Source: an uncultured bacterium (GTDB lineage Bacteria > Cyanobacteriota > Vampirovibrionia > Gastranaerophilales > Gastranaerophilaceae). From it: a DNA stretch of 64,000 nt. Each line of letters begins with the position of its first letter. Position 1 is the first letter of the stretch. Below the pieces are notes generated by a model. The model did not search any database. It worked only from the letters and a program-made list of their open reading frames with translations, and was not told the DNA's origin. Below, one piece after another: positions 44,755-54,411 of the stretch. The translations under genes were made by a program, and so were the position numbers. The stretch spans positions 1,869-65,868 of the forward strand of contig CAOJDT010000001.1 in assembly GCA_948433295.1 (NCBI GenBank). Reading direction: 5' to 3'.

Positions 44755-46698
44755 TTAATTCTGAGCGGTTTTAGGATGTCGATTTCTGAAAAAGGCATAC
44801 CCGCCGCCGACTAAAGCAGCAGCACCGGCAGCAAGAAGAAACGGTTTAAAAGATTTTCCTTTTTTAACAGCCTCTTTTACAACCTGTTCGGCTTGTTTTT
44901 CATTTACGGATACTGATGTTTTTTCCGCGGCATCGACAACTGCGGCAACAGGAGGTTTAGTCGAAGTTTCTTTTATCGTTTCTTTTACAACAGGCTTAAA
45001 TTCTTCTTTTTCTGTCAGAATATCTCTAAACTTGACAATTTTCGCATACAAATCAGCATGTGATTCATCAAGCCCTTTTGCCTTAAAGACTTTTTCAAGC
45101 GAATCCGCGATATTAAATCCGAACCCTTCCTGAAGTGCCTGATGGAATTGTTTTATATAATCAGCCGGAACTTTTCGCCTAAAGTTCGACGGAACGTTAA
45201 GCCCCGTATCACATCCGTGTTCATTAAACCGTTCAACTCTGCCGAATACATCCATAAAGAAAAAGTGATTATTCTTAGCCATCATAGGTTCTGCAAATCT
45301 TGCTTTGCAATAATCTTTTGGCTCTCTCAGACTTGCAGCATCAAGTTTCAGAATTCTGGCAAGAGGTGCTAAAGTAGAATCCAAATGCACCTTCCATCCC
45401 AACGGAATATCAGGAACTCCGCGAGCAATCTGTTTCAGAGGTTGAGGATCATGATTTCCTACACCTATAGAAAATTCATCCGGAGACCAACCGCGTTTGA
45501 GAAATGCATCATTTGAACCCCAATCATCACTCATAAAAGTGCTTCCGTAAATCTTAACCCTGTTTTTAACAGGTTCAATAAGTTGACCATCCCAGAACGG
45601 GCTGAATTCATGAACACCTGCTTCAAATTCATACATAAGATTTTTCAAATCAAAATCTTCGCCTTTAACCTCTTTCACCCATTTTTCAATAAGATTAAGT
45701 ACATTGCTTCCCTGATATTTTCTGTTGTGATCAAGAATATTGTTTTCACCCTTAGGGGTTACAACAGGAGTAACATAATTCCATGCGGCGTCGAATCTGA
45801 GTAAATCATAACGTTTTGCGGCAAGTTGAACTTTTGATTTCAAAAGTTTATGCGCATCGCTTGATTCGTCAAGAATCGTATCATAATCAAGAGACGGAAT
45901 TTTCCAACTTGGTACTCCAACATAATGGTCTTTTTTAAAGGCGTTCGGAAATGCTTTTACTTCATCGTCGGTAAAATTAATCGGGACATCACCGCATAAT
46001 TTCATTCCGTTTGCATTAAGTTCTTTTCTGCCATGCTCAAGATGTTCTTCTGCAAGAAACTGTTTAAATTTAAAATAATCCGTATCTGTTTCGTTTTCAC
46101 GCACAAAATTCAGCCAAGAGTCATTTTCTGTAACAAATTTATTATATCTTTGCTTTAATTCAGAATTTTCATCAAGTACCTTAAAGCGTTCATACGCAGT
46201 CTTTAAAGCTTTATCCTGTGCGCTTCCGTTATCAACGACATTCTCAAAATTTGCGAGAGAGTCTTTTGTTTTTTTAGAATTTGCATTTACAATTTCATCA
46301 AACTCTTCCGGTTTCAATATTGAGCCAAATTCGGACTTTGTCAAAAGTTCGGGATTAATATTTTGTTCGCCCAATGCAAGTGCAGAACTCTCATAATTAC
46401 AGTAAAAATCACCGTTCTTTTTAATTTGTCCCTGCGGCAAATCTTCAACGACATTAAAATCCAGATAGGTTTTCATATAATTTAAAAAATCAACAGATTC
46501 TTTTGATGCAAAATTACCCACCCCTGTATTTTTGGCAGATGATTGCGGCAAAGATTGAGACGGCATGATAAAAACAGATTTTCCTGTCTGCCCCGCAAGT
46601 TGTTTTGCCTCTTTAACCGTATTTGTAAATTCTTCTGTCTCCTCAGGACGCAATGCCCGTCCGAAGCTTACGCCTGCATTAACCCCTAATACTCGCAT
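44755..46698 (-). CDS. GH77-like (4-alpha-glucanotransferase-like) protein with C-terminal TM anchor
   Basis: The pattern resembles MalQ: SQSLP...GVGNF...VDFL, CGDVPINF, LRFDAAWNY, GNHDPQP. The C-terminal tail has the hydrophobic helix FKPFLLAAGAAALVGGGYAFF. The match is distant and called by eye. Confidence 0.5.
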   Translation of the reverse strand: MRVLGVNAGVSFGRALRPEETEEFTNTVKEAKQLAGQTGKSVFIMPSQSLPQSSAKNTGVGNFASKESVDFLNYMKTYLDFNVVEDLPQGQIKKNGDFYCNYESSALALGEQNINPELLTKSEFGSILKPEEFDEIVNANSKKTKDSLANFENVVDNGSAQDKALKTAYERFKVLDENSELKQRYNKFVTENDSWLNFVRENETDTDYFKFKQFLAEEHLEHGRKELNANGMKLCGDVPINFTDDEVKAFPNAFKKDHYVGVPSWKIPSLDYDTILDESSDAHKLLKSKVQLAAKRYDLLRFDAAWNYVTPVVTPKGENNILDHNRKYQGSNVLNLIEKWVKEVKGEDFDLKNLMYEFEAGVHEFSPFWDGQLIEPVKNRVKIYGSTFMSDDWGSNDAFLKRGWSPDEFSIGVGNHDPQPLKQIARGVPDIPLGWKVHLDSTLAPLARILKLDAASLREPKDYCKARFAEPMMAKNNHFFFMDVFGRVERFNEHGCDTGLNVPSNFRRKVPADYIKQFHQALQEGFGFNIADSLEKVFKAKGLDESHADLYAKIVKFRDILTEKEEFKPVVKETIKETSTKPPVAAVVDAAEKTSVSVNEKQAEQVVKEAVKKGKSFKPFLLAAGAAALVGGGYAFFRNRHPKTAQN

Positions 46699-46787
46699 GT
46701 ATTACTCCTTTAACTTTTCCTTACACATACAAAAAACGTAAATATAAAATTTTTTGATTACAATTTTCTTTATTTTACCACAAAAAA

Positions 46788-47486
46788 TTATAAATCGTTA
46801 TTATTTTTTGCTTTAAAATTATTATGAGCGTGGGCACAGTTACAAAATGGTTTGTTTGAAGACATCCCGCAACGACAAAGTGTCTGGCGGTTGCGGACTT
46901 CATACCTTCTGCCATCAACGCTCTCTACCCTTATACCTCCTTTGAGCCACAACGGACCGCTGACTTTCAAGCCTTCGTCTTCGAGTATGGTTACGGATTT
47001 TTCCAGTTCATATTCAATCTCATTGCCGTCTTTATCAAAAATCACAAGTCTTCCCGAAGGACAAAGATTGGCTTCTTCAATTGCAATTTTATCCGACGAC
47101 TCATCGCCTTTTGTAATAAGCGTCCAAATTGTTCCTTTAACATCACAAAATCGGGCAAGAGCGCAATATTTTTCATTATCGGATAAAACAAGATTTTTCC
47201 CGTGAAACTTTACTGCGCCATCAAGTAACGGCTCAAACGATGCAGTTTCGGTTCCGTCAAAACCTATTTTCTGATGGGACAAATCACAGAACGGAGCGTT
47301 TTTTGATTTTCCGCAGCGACAAAGTGCAACGGGATTTGAACGGATTTCAAAATTCTTTCCTTTTCCGTATCCGATACATTCTCCGCTTTCATCCGTGAGA
47401 ATTATTTCTTCGCTGACTTCAGGCATACCAAAAAGCAAGTATGGACCGTCTTTTGTTACCTTGATGTAAACCTCTTTATCTGACAT
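46788..47486 (-). CDS. CDGSH iron-sulfur domain-containing protein (two CDGSH-type motifs)
   Basis: CRCGKSKNAPFCDLSH and CRCGMSSNKPFCNCAH. Confidence 0.75.
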   Translation of the reverse strand: MSDKEVYIKVTKDGPYLLFGMPEVSEEIILTDESGECIGYGKGKNFEIRSNPVALCRCGKSKNAPFCDLSHQKIGFDGTETASFEPLLDGAVKFHGKNLVLSDNEKYCALARFCDVKGTIWTLITKGDESSDKIAIEEANLCPSGRLVIFDKDGNEIEYELEKSVTILEDEGLKVSGPLWLKGGIRVESVDGRRYEVRNRQTLCRCGMSSNKPFCNCAHAHNNFKAKNNNDL

Positions 47487-47604
47487 ACTGATAAATTATT
47501 TTAAATAAACAAATCTGACATCCGACGGCAGGCTATCAGGATAATTTAAAATATACCGTTTTCGCGGGATTTTTTTATAGCGATTTCAGATTAATATTAA
47601 CTCT

Positions 47605-48558
47605 ATGGACAAAAATTTTAAAATGCAGCACATATATTCAAACATTGCATTACTCACTACAGCCTTAATACTCGGACTTTCTTTCGTTGCACAAAAGTGG
47701 GGGATGGATTACGTTGAACCTTTCACATTCAACACCCTCAGAAACTTTCTCGGCGCATTAAGTCTTTTGCCGATAATTTTTGTCGCAAAACTTTATAATT
47801 CAAAAAAAGACAAAAGAACACCGCAAGAAAAAGACATTCAACACAAAACAATGGCTAAAGGCGGAATAATTTGCGGTATATTTCTTTTTTTGGCACTTTC
47901 GGTCAACCAGTATTGCATGAAGTTTGCCCCTGCAGGAAAAGCCGGTTTTATAACATCATTATACATAATTTTTGTACCGATAATTTCCGTATTCTTTTTA
48001 AAATACAAATTACGTTTTAACGTAAAAATAAGTATTGTCATGGCTGTTATCGGACTTTATTTTCTGTGCTTTAAACAGGGTACCAGACTTGCATTAAGTG
48101 ATATTTTTCTCGCGGTAAGTGCCTTTATATTTGCGCTTCATCTTCTGGCGATAAACCATTTCACACACAAAGTTAATTTTATGAAACTTTCGTGTATTCA
48201 GTTTTTGACGGCAGGGGTGTTGTCTTTAATCCTGATGTTAATTTTCGAACATGCTTCGGGAACAGCAATCCTTGCAGGTCTAAAACCCATACTGTTTTCA
48301 GGGGTTGTAGTAACGGGGGTTGCATATACACTTCAAATATTCGGACAAAAACACACTCAACCGGTTATCGCATCATTAATTTTAAGTATGGAATCGGTTT
48401 TTGCGGTTCTGGGCGGTATGCTTATACTGGGAGAAACATTATCTTACAGAGAAACTCTCGGCTGCGTAATTATGATTAGCGCTATAATCTTCTCTCAGAT
48501 ACGTTTTTCACCTACAGCGATGAAAAGATTAAAAAGAATGAAACAAAAAAGATTCTGA
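47605..48558 (+). CDS. EamA/DMT-family transporter
   Basis: 10-TM protein with two EamA-like halves. The stop overlaps a REP-like repeat. Confidence 0.8.
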   Translation: MDKNFKMQHIYSNIALLTTALILGLSFVAQKWGMDYVEPFTFNTLRNFLGALSLLPIIFVAKLYNSKKDKRTPQEKDIQHKTMAKGGIICGIFLFLALSVNQYCMKFAPAGKAGFITSLYIIFVPIISVFFLKYKLRFNVKISIVMAVIGLYFLCFKQGTRLALSDIFLAVSAFIFALHLLAINHFTHKVNFMKLSCIQFLTAGVLSLILMLIFEHASGTAILAGLKPILFSGVVVTGVAYTLQIFGQKHTQPVIASLILSMESVFAVLGGMLILGETLSYRETLGCVIMISAIIFSQIRFSPTAMKRLKRMKQKRF

Positions 48559-48575
48559 AACGAGTTCGGAATGAC
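48551..48575. repeat. REP-like palindromic unit
   Basis: gattctgaaacgagttcggaatgac, the same family as the copies at 13347, 13382 and 16529. Confidence 0.8.
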
Positions 48576-48612
48576 ACAAAATATATAACTTAAAAAATTT
48601 TTAAAATACCTC

Positions 48613-48648
48613 TTGACTGATAGTTACTATCAGGTTTTAAAATATAAT
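48613..48648 (+). promoter_or_regulatory. Putative promoter with embedded 17-bp palindromic operator upstream of dxs
   Basis: TTGACTGATAGTTACTATCAGGTTTTAAAATATAAT. The palindrome is CTGATAG-TTA-CTATCAG (48616-48632). A near-identical copy is at 52235. Confidence 0.6.
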
Positions 48649-48676
48649 TATCACATGAAAGGAGATATTTTAAAAC

Positions 48677-50428
48677 ATGATTTTGGACAAAGTTAATTAT
48701 CCGTCAGATTTGAAAAATTTATCCCTTGATGAATTAAACACACTTGCTGACGAAATGAGAGATTTGATTATTAAAAAAGTAAATACAACAGGCGGACACA
48801 TGGGTCCGAACCTTGGTATTCTGGAAGCAACAATAGCGCTTCATTACGTATTTAACTGCCCTGTTGATAAGATTGTATTTGACGTATCACACCAGTGCTA
48901 TCCGCACAAAATACTTACAGGAAGAAAAGAAGGATTCACAAATCCGGAAAAATACACTTTCTACACGGGATACACTGCCCCGGAAGAAAGTGAATACGAT
49001 TTATTCAAAGTCGGTCACACTTCAACATCCGTAAGCCTTGCAACAGGTGTTGCAAAAGCCAGAGACCTTAAAGGTGAAAAACACAACGTTATAGCACTTA
49101 TCGGAGACGGTTCATTAAGCGGAGGCGAGGCTTTTGAAGGATTGGATAATGCTGCTGATTTAGATAGTAATATTATTATTCTCGTAAACGATAACGATAT
49201 GTCCATTGCCGAAAATCAAGGCGGAATCTATAAAAACCTCAAAGAACTTCGCGAGACAAACGGCAATGCACAAACAAACTTATTTAAATCAATCGGCTTT
49301 GAATACTTCTACATAGGTGAAGGCAATAATATCGAGAAATTAATCGAAACTTTTAAAAAAGTAAAAGACATAAATCACCCTGTAGTAGTACACATGCACA
49401 CTACAAAAGGTCACGGTTTAAAACCTGCGGAAGAAAACAAAGAGTTCTTCCACTACATCATGCCGGGCGCATTGGATGAAAAACCCGCAGCGTCGACGAC
49501 ACAAAAAGAAACTTATGACTCAATTACAACAGACTATATCTTAAAGAAAGCCGCTCAAGACCCGACTATTCTTGCAATAACTCCTGCAACACCAGGTGCG
49601 TACGGGTTTACTAAAGAGTTCCGTGAAAAACTCGGCAAACAATATACCGATGTCGGAATCGCTGAAGAACACGCAGTGGCTTACGCTTCGGCACTTGCCA
49701 AATGCGGTGCAAAACCAATTCTTGCGATAATGAGTTCATTTGTCCAAAGAACTTATGACCAACTTTCGCAGGACTTGGCTCTGAATAATTCACCGATAAC
49801 AATGCTCGTTTACTGGGGAGGTATATCAGGTGCCGACGCAACACACCTCGGTTCGTTTGATATGTCTTTAATAGGAAATATTCCAAACATTGTTTATCTG
49901 GCTCCGACCAACAAAGAAGAATATCTGAAAATGTTAGACTGGTCAGTTGAACAAACTGATTATCCCGTTGCTGTCAGAGTTCCGTTCAGACCTCTGGAAT
50001 CAACAGGAATCGCAGACGATACGGATTATTCAAAATTGAATAAATTCAAAATTGAAGAAAATGGCAAAGATGTTGCAATTCTTGGACTCGGAAATTTCTT
50101 CCGACTCGGAAAAGAAGTTAAAGCCGAACTAAAAAACAAACTCGGAATCGACGCAACTCTTATCAATCCAAAATTTATTTCGGGAATAGATGAAGAATTA
50201 TTGGAATCATTAAAATCAAATCATAAAGTCGTAATAACTCTTGAAGACGGAATACTTAACGGCGGATTCGGCGAAAAAGTCACAAGATTTTACGGAAATT
50301 CCGATATGAAAGTTCTAAACTTCGGCAGCAAAAAAGAATTCACCGACAGAGTTCCTCTATCCGAACTTTATGAAAGATACCATCTGACAAAAGAATTAAT
50401 CGTAAGCGATATAGAAAAATGTTTATGA
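48677..50428 (+). CDS. dxs: 1-deoxy-D-xylulose-5-phosphate synthase-like transketolase-family enzyme
   Basis: N-terminal YPSDLKNLSLDELNTLADEMRDLII...GGHMGPNLGILEATIALHYVF...DVSHQCYPHKILTGR, the TPP-binding GDGSLSGGEAFEGLN, and a C-terminal transketolase domain. Confidence 0.8.
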   Translation: MILDKVNYPSDLKNLSLDELNTLADEMRDLIIKKVNTTGGHMGPNLGILEATIALHYVFNCPVDKIVFDVSHQCYPHKILTGRKEGFTNPEKYTFYTGYTAPEESEYDLFKVGHTSTSVSLATGVAKARDLKGEKHNVIALIGDGSLSGGEAFEGLDNAADLDSNIIILVNDNDMSIAENQGGIYKNLKELRETNGNAQTNLFKSIGFEYFYIGEGNNIEKLIETFKKVKDINHPVVVHMHTTKGHGLKPAEENKEFFHYIMPGALDEKPAASTTQKETYDSITTDYILKKAAQDPTILAITPATPGAYGFTKEFREKLGKQYTDVGIAEEHAVAYASALAKCGAKPILAIMSSFVQRTYDQLSQDLALNNSPITMLVYWGGISGADATHLGSFDMSLIGNIPNIVYLAPTNKEEYLKMLDWSVEQTDYPVAVRVPFRPLESTGIADDTDYSKLNKFKIEENGKDVAILGLGNFFRLGKEVKAELKNKLGIDATLINPKFISGIDEELLESLKSNHKVVITLEDGILNGGFGEKVTRFYGNSDMKVLNFGSKKEFTDRVPLSELYERYHLTKELIVSDIEKCL

Positions 50429-51439
50429 TTTTTTCTCTATAAACTTGTCGATTTTTTCGGCTATGTAAGTCGAGAACATCGGTAAAATACCATAGTATAT
50501 GCCCGCAAAAATAATTGCGGGCCTTACTATATTTATACCCTCAATATATTTACTAAGTTTAGGGTCTGCGACATTAATTTTTGAGAACTTTTTAATAAAT
50601 TTATCAGTAACACCGCTAACTGCTTTATCTATTCCGTATCCGCCAAAGATAGTTATTGCCGTCGAAATAGCATTGTTATAAATCAAAGCTTTTTTACGAT
50701 TTTCTTTAATTTCATCACTCGTATTCGTTTGACAGGCAAAAGATGTAGTCAAAAGAATGTCTGTTGCGGCGGTAATATGTTTAGGAATATCTTTCTCTCT
50801 ATATTGATTTTTTTTCAAAAAGTCTTGAAAATAAGAGTTATCGAAAATTTTTCCGATACCTTTTGAAAGATTTCCCGTAAACGCAGGCTCACCCTCTACA
50901 CGTTTGACTGTTTTCTTTTGAACCGAATCGATGACTGTCCGCTCAGGTTTCTTTACTCGAAAAAGTTTATCCATAACTATCGGAATTAAGGCTATAGTCA
51001 GCATGGATTTCGGTACGGCAGTCAAAAAACCTGTTGAAAGCTTTATAATTTGTGAACCGAGTCGATAAGCCGTTGAACCTGCAAGATTTTTCGCATTCGA
51101 CTGAAAAGCTTTAATGGTTTCGGGTTTTAAATATTTTTCGGGATTTTTGTCAATCTTTTTAACGGCAGATTCTACAGGAAGAGCAACAGCCTCTACAAGT
51201 GCAAATTTTATCAAACCCGAACAAATAGAATTTGCACTTGCGTACTGTTTATTTTCTTTTTCCACATTCGGTGTCGCCATTATCGCAAGCGGACGCACGC
51301 CAAGTGACATAACCAAAGATGTTCCCGCAGCAAAAGAGGTTCCGTGATCGGATATTTTTTCCAAACTTCTTAGTAGAACTTTGTTATTTAAGAATCCCTT
51401 AAAATTCGTATTATTTCGGCTTATGTTATTAACTTGCAT
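50423..51439 (-). CDS. Hypothetical membrane protein (338 aa)
   Basis: Several TM helices. N-terminal MQVNNISRNNTNFKG. No recognisable family. Confidence 0.45.
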   Translation of the reverse strand: MQVNNISRNNTNFKGFLNNKVLLRSLEKISDHGTSFAAGTSLVMSLGVRPLAIMATPNVEKENKQYASANSICSGLIKFALVEAVALPVESAVKKIDKNPEKYLKPETIKAFQSNAKNLAGSTAYRLGSQIIKLSTGFLTAVPKSMLTIALIPIVMDKLFRVKKPERTVIDSVQKKTVKRVEGEPAFTGNLSKGIGKIFDNSYFQDFLKKNQYREKDIPKHITAATDILLTTSFACQTNTSDEIKENRKKALIYNNAISTAITIFGGYGIDKAVSGVTDKFIKKFSKINVADPKLSKYIEGINIVRPAIIFAGIYYGILPMFSTYIAEKIDKFIEKKS

Positions 51440-51527
51440 TTTAATCTACCTTACTACAGTAGACTACACACATAACAAAAAGTAAATTGTTATTCATTTC
51501 CTAACTTTTATTCTATAATAAAAATTA

Positions 51528-52238
51528 ATGAAAATAATTAATTTTATTAAAGGTGAATTACGCGGCTGGGGAAAATACGAACGTATTATTTTTCCTCTGG
51601 AAATTCTTTTGATTATATTAATTTCAATTTACATTGGTGACAACAAAATCGCGCTTGTCTCAGCTATTTGCGGAATAAGTTATACTATTCTTGCTGGCAA
51701 GGGAAAGATTTCCTGTTACATTTTCGGACTTACGGGAACGCTCTGTTATGCATTTTTGGCATTTCAAAACGCACTTTTCGGCAATTTGATTTTATATATG
51801 CTTTATTATTTTCCAATGCAGATTGTAGGCATTTTCAAGTGGAAAAAGCATCTTAATAAAGATTCATCCGAAATAATCAAAACAACACTTTCTTCGAGTG
51901 AACGTATTATTTATATTTCTTCCGCACTGATTCTTTCTTTCTTAACTGCAATTATTCTCAAAAAATTTGGCGACGCAACACCTTATATAGACGCGGTTAC
52001 GACAGTATTTTCGATTGCAGGCTTAATCCTAACTATAAAACGTTGCATTGAACAGTGGTACATTTGGATTATAGTAAACGGACTTTCGGTAATGATGTGG
52101 ATTGAAGCTTACAAAAACGGCTCAAACTGCTTTGCCACCGTACTTATGTGGGCAACATATTTCGTTCTCGCGATTTACTTTCTGTACACCTGGAAAAATG
52201 ATTTACAAAACTCAAAAAATTTTTCAAAAAAGGGTTGA
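51528..52238 (+). CDS. pnuC: Nicotinamide riboside transporter PnuC
   Basis: 236 aa, 7-8 TM helices, with IEQWYIWIIVNGLSVMMW typical of PnuC. Confidence 0.8.
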   Translation: MKIINFIKGELRGWGKYERIIFPLEILLIILISIYIGDNKIALVSAICGISYTILAGKGKISCYIFGLTGTLCYAFLAFQNALFGNLILYMLYYFPMQIVGIFKWKKHLNKDSSEIIKTTLSSSERIIYISSALILSFLTAIILKKFGDATPYIDAVTTVFSIAGLILTIKRCIEQWYIWIIVNGLSVMMWIEAYKNGSNCFATVLMWATYFVLAIYFLYTWKNDLQNSKNFSKKG

Positions 52239-52270
52239 CTGATAGCAGCTCTCAGGTTTTAAAATGTAAA
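52235..52270 (+). promoter_or_regulatory. Second copy of the TTGACTGATAG...CTCTCAGGTTTTAAAAT promoter/operator
   Basis: TTGACTGATAGCAGCTCTCAGGTTTTAAAATGTAAA. It overlaps the pnuC stop, about 20 nt upstream of the DUF3737 gene RBS. Confidence 0.6.
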
Positions 52271-52288
52271 TATACAGGAGATATTTAC

Positions 52289-53152
52289 ATGAACGAAAAA
52301 ATTTTTAATAAAACATTTGATGAAGAACGCGCCCTTTATAACTTAAAAGATACAGAGGTTATAAATTGCAGATTTGAGGGCCCTGCCGATGGCGAATCAG
52401 TGCTTAAAGAATGCAGAAATTTTACAGTAAAAGACTGCGCATTTTCTCTAAGATACCCGATATGGCATGCAAACGCATTTACACTTGAAAATTCATCGAT
52501 GGATGAGAAAACCCGTGCTCCGCTCTGGTATTGCACAGATGGAATTATGAAAGATTGTAAGGTTACAGGTGTAAAGTGCCTTCGCGAATGCGATAAAATT
52601 ACTGTGACAAATTGCGAAATTGAATCTCCCGAATTCGGTTGGAGATATAGAGATTTAGAAATAAACAACTCTGTAATCGATTCTGTTTATTTCCTTTTCG
52701 AATGCAAAAACGTCAATATTTCCAATCTTAATATGAAAGGGAAATACTCTTTCCAATATACAGAAAACATAAAAATCTCAAATTCCAACCTGGACACTAA
52801 AGACGCATTCTGGCACGGCAAAAATATTACTGTAGAAAATTCAATTGTCAAAGGTGAATATTTGGGATGGTTCTCTGAAAATCTGACCTTTATTAACTGC
52901 AAAATTATTGGTACACAGCCGCTATGCTATTGCAAAAACTTAACACTGATTAATTGTACGATGGAAGAGACCGATTTGTCCTTCGAATATTCTGATGTAA
53001 ATGCTGAAATAAAAGGGCATATTATCTCGGTTAAAAATCCTAAATCAGGCATCATTATAGCTGACAGTATCGGAGAAATTATTACCGAAGACCCTGTTAT
53101 GGAATGTTCGGGCAAAGTTATACTAAGCAATTCAACGGACTCTGTTCTATGA
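52289..53152 (+). CDS. DUF3737-family (beta-helix-like) protein
   Basis: FDEERALY...ESVLKECRNF...RYPIWHA...ALWYC...SPEFGWRY...GKYSFQY...KDAFWHGKN...GEYLGWFSEN...GTQPLCYCK matches the DUF3737 signature. The start is taken at ATG 52289 after AGGAG. Confidence 0.65.
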   Translation: MNEKIFNKTFDEERALYNLKDTEVINCRFEGPADGESVLKECRNFTVKDCAFSLRYPIWHANAFTLENSSMDEKTRAPLWYCTDGIMKDCKVTGVKCLRECDKITVTNCEIESPEFGWRYRDLEINNSVIDSVYFLFECKNVNISNLNMKGKYSFQYTENIKISNSNLDTKDAFWHGKNITVENSIVKGEYLGWFSENLTFINCKIIGTQPLCYCKNLTLINCTMEETDLSFEYSDVNAEIKGHIISVKNPKSGIIIADSIGEIITEDPVMECSGKVILSNSTDSVL

Positions 53153-54296
53153 ATTTCCTTTTAAGTCTTCGATAAGTACTTTCACTTATACCCAGTTCAT
53201 TACAAATTTCTTTAACAGCCTTACCTGATTTTGACAGAGTCAAAAACTGTTCAGCTGTAATCCCTGCGTTTCTGGCGATTGCGTCCCGCTGAGGGGTTGA
53301 AATATTATATTTTTCAATAAGAGCTTTATAATTAGTACGCTTAATTTTAAACTTTTCGCATATCTGTTTTATTGTTAAGCCTGAATTTACAGCTTGTTGA
53401 AGTTCATCTCTTGACACTAAAGCTATATTATCTATAGAATTTCGTAATAAAGTCGGCACATGAGCCGCTTTAGTTTTTTGATGATAAGTAGTCACTGCAA
53501 TGTTTAAATCTTCGGCAGTTTCACGTGTTGTTTTGTTCAAACCTGCAGCAGTTCTTAGCACTCTTTCCGGTATTAAAATTTCATTATAATGATGTTGATA
53601 GTCATATTTGATATCAAGTTGTTTCAACAATTTATAAAAAGCTTCTTTATTGATTTTTAAATTTTCACATATCTCGGATACAGACAATTTATTATCAACG
53701 AGTTTTTGAAGTTTTTCAGCGGTTATTGAAGCGAGATGAATTTTAGATTTTTTACGTTCAGTGATTATACCGAATTTATTAATTAAACGGGTATAAGTTT
53801 TTTCTGGAATATTAAGAATGGCACAAATTTCTTTTACTTTTTTCCCGCTTTGAAGCAGTTCTTCAATTTGTTCTTTTGTTATATTTGAAATTTTTTCTTT
53901 TGAACGCATTAACTCTGTTTTTATATTATATTTTAAAAGCAAACCGTTATACGTATCTGCAGTAATATTCAATTCTTTTAAGATTTCATTATATTTTTTA
54001 CCTGCGTTTAACAAATCCTGAATTTGTTCTTTTGTTATTGTTAAATTACGCTCAATTGTTTTCATTCGCTGCGTTTTTATATCAAAACCCTTTAACAATT
54101 TGTAGTATTTTGTTTCGGACACATTCAATTTCGAACAATTTTGCGAGACAGAAAGTCCGCTGTTAAGAACCTCTAAAAAATCGTCTTTGGTAATTTTCCG
54201 AATATTCGCGTTGGAAATTGCAGGTATTTTCCCCTGGAAAGATGGGGGTATATAATTTCTTTTTTGATTTATGGGGCATGTAAATAATATATCCAT
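53118..54296 (-). CDS. Protein composed of about 7 tandem ~52-aa HTH-like modules
   Basis: Repeating pattern (I/V)T(K/A)E(Q)(I/L)xxLLxxGKxxxEIxxxLNIxxxTYxxLxxK(Y/F)xI across 392 aa. Confidence 0.6.
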   Translation of the reverse strand: MDILFTCPINQKRNYIPPSFQGKIPAISNANIRKITKDDFLEVLNSGLSVSQNCSKLNVSETKYYKLLKGFDIKTQRMKTIERNLTITKEQIQDLLNAGKKYNEILKELNITADTYNGLLLKYNIKTELMRSKEKISNITKEQIEELLQSGKKVKEICAILNIPEKTYTRLINKFGIITERKKSKIHLASITAEKLQKLVDNKLSVSEICENLKINKEAFYKLLKQLDIKYDYQHHYNEILIPERVLRTAAGLNKTTRETAEDLNIAVTTYHQKTKAAHVPTLLRNSIDNIALVSRDELQQAVNSGLTIKQICEKFKIKRTNYKALIEKYNISTPQRDAIARNAGITAEQFLTLSKSGKAVKEICNELGISESTYRRLKRKFIEQSPLNCLV

Positions 54297-54360
54297 TTTT
54301 AACTCTATGTAATCTCTTATCTGTTATATTAAAATACAAACAAAATAAATTTTGCTAACA

Positions 54361-54394
54361 AAAAATGCCTTAATTAAAATTAAGGCATTTTTTG
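54361..54394. terminator. Bidirectional hairpin terminator
   Basis: aaaaATGCCTTAATTaaAATTAAGGCATtttttt: an 11-bp perfect stem. Confidence 0.8.
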
Positions 54395-54411
54395 TTAAAA
54401 AAAAGTTTATG

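Noticed and set aside
48616-48632. Similarity of CTGATAG-TTA-CTATCAG to the TetR operator tetO.
   Set aside because: The half-sites are in swapped order relative to tetO (CTATCA-N-TGATAG), and no tetR-like gene is nearby. It is reported only as a generic palindromic operator.
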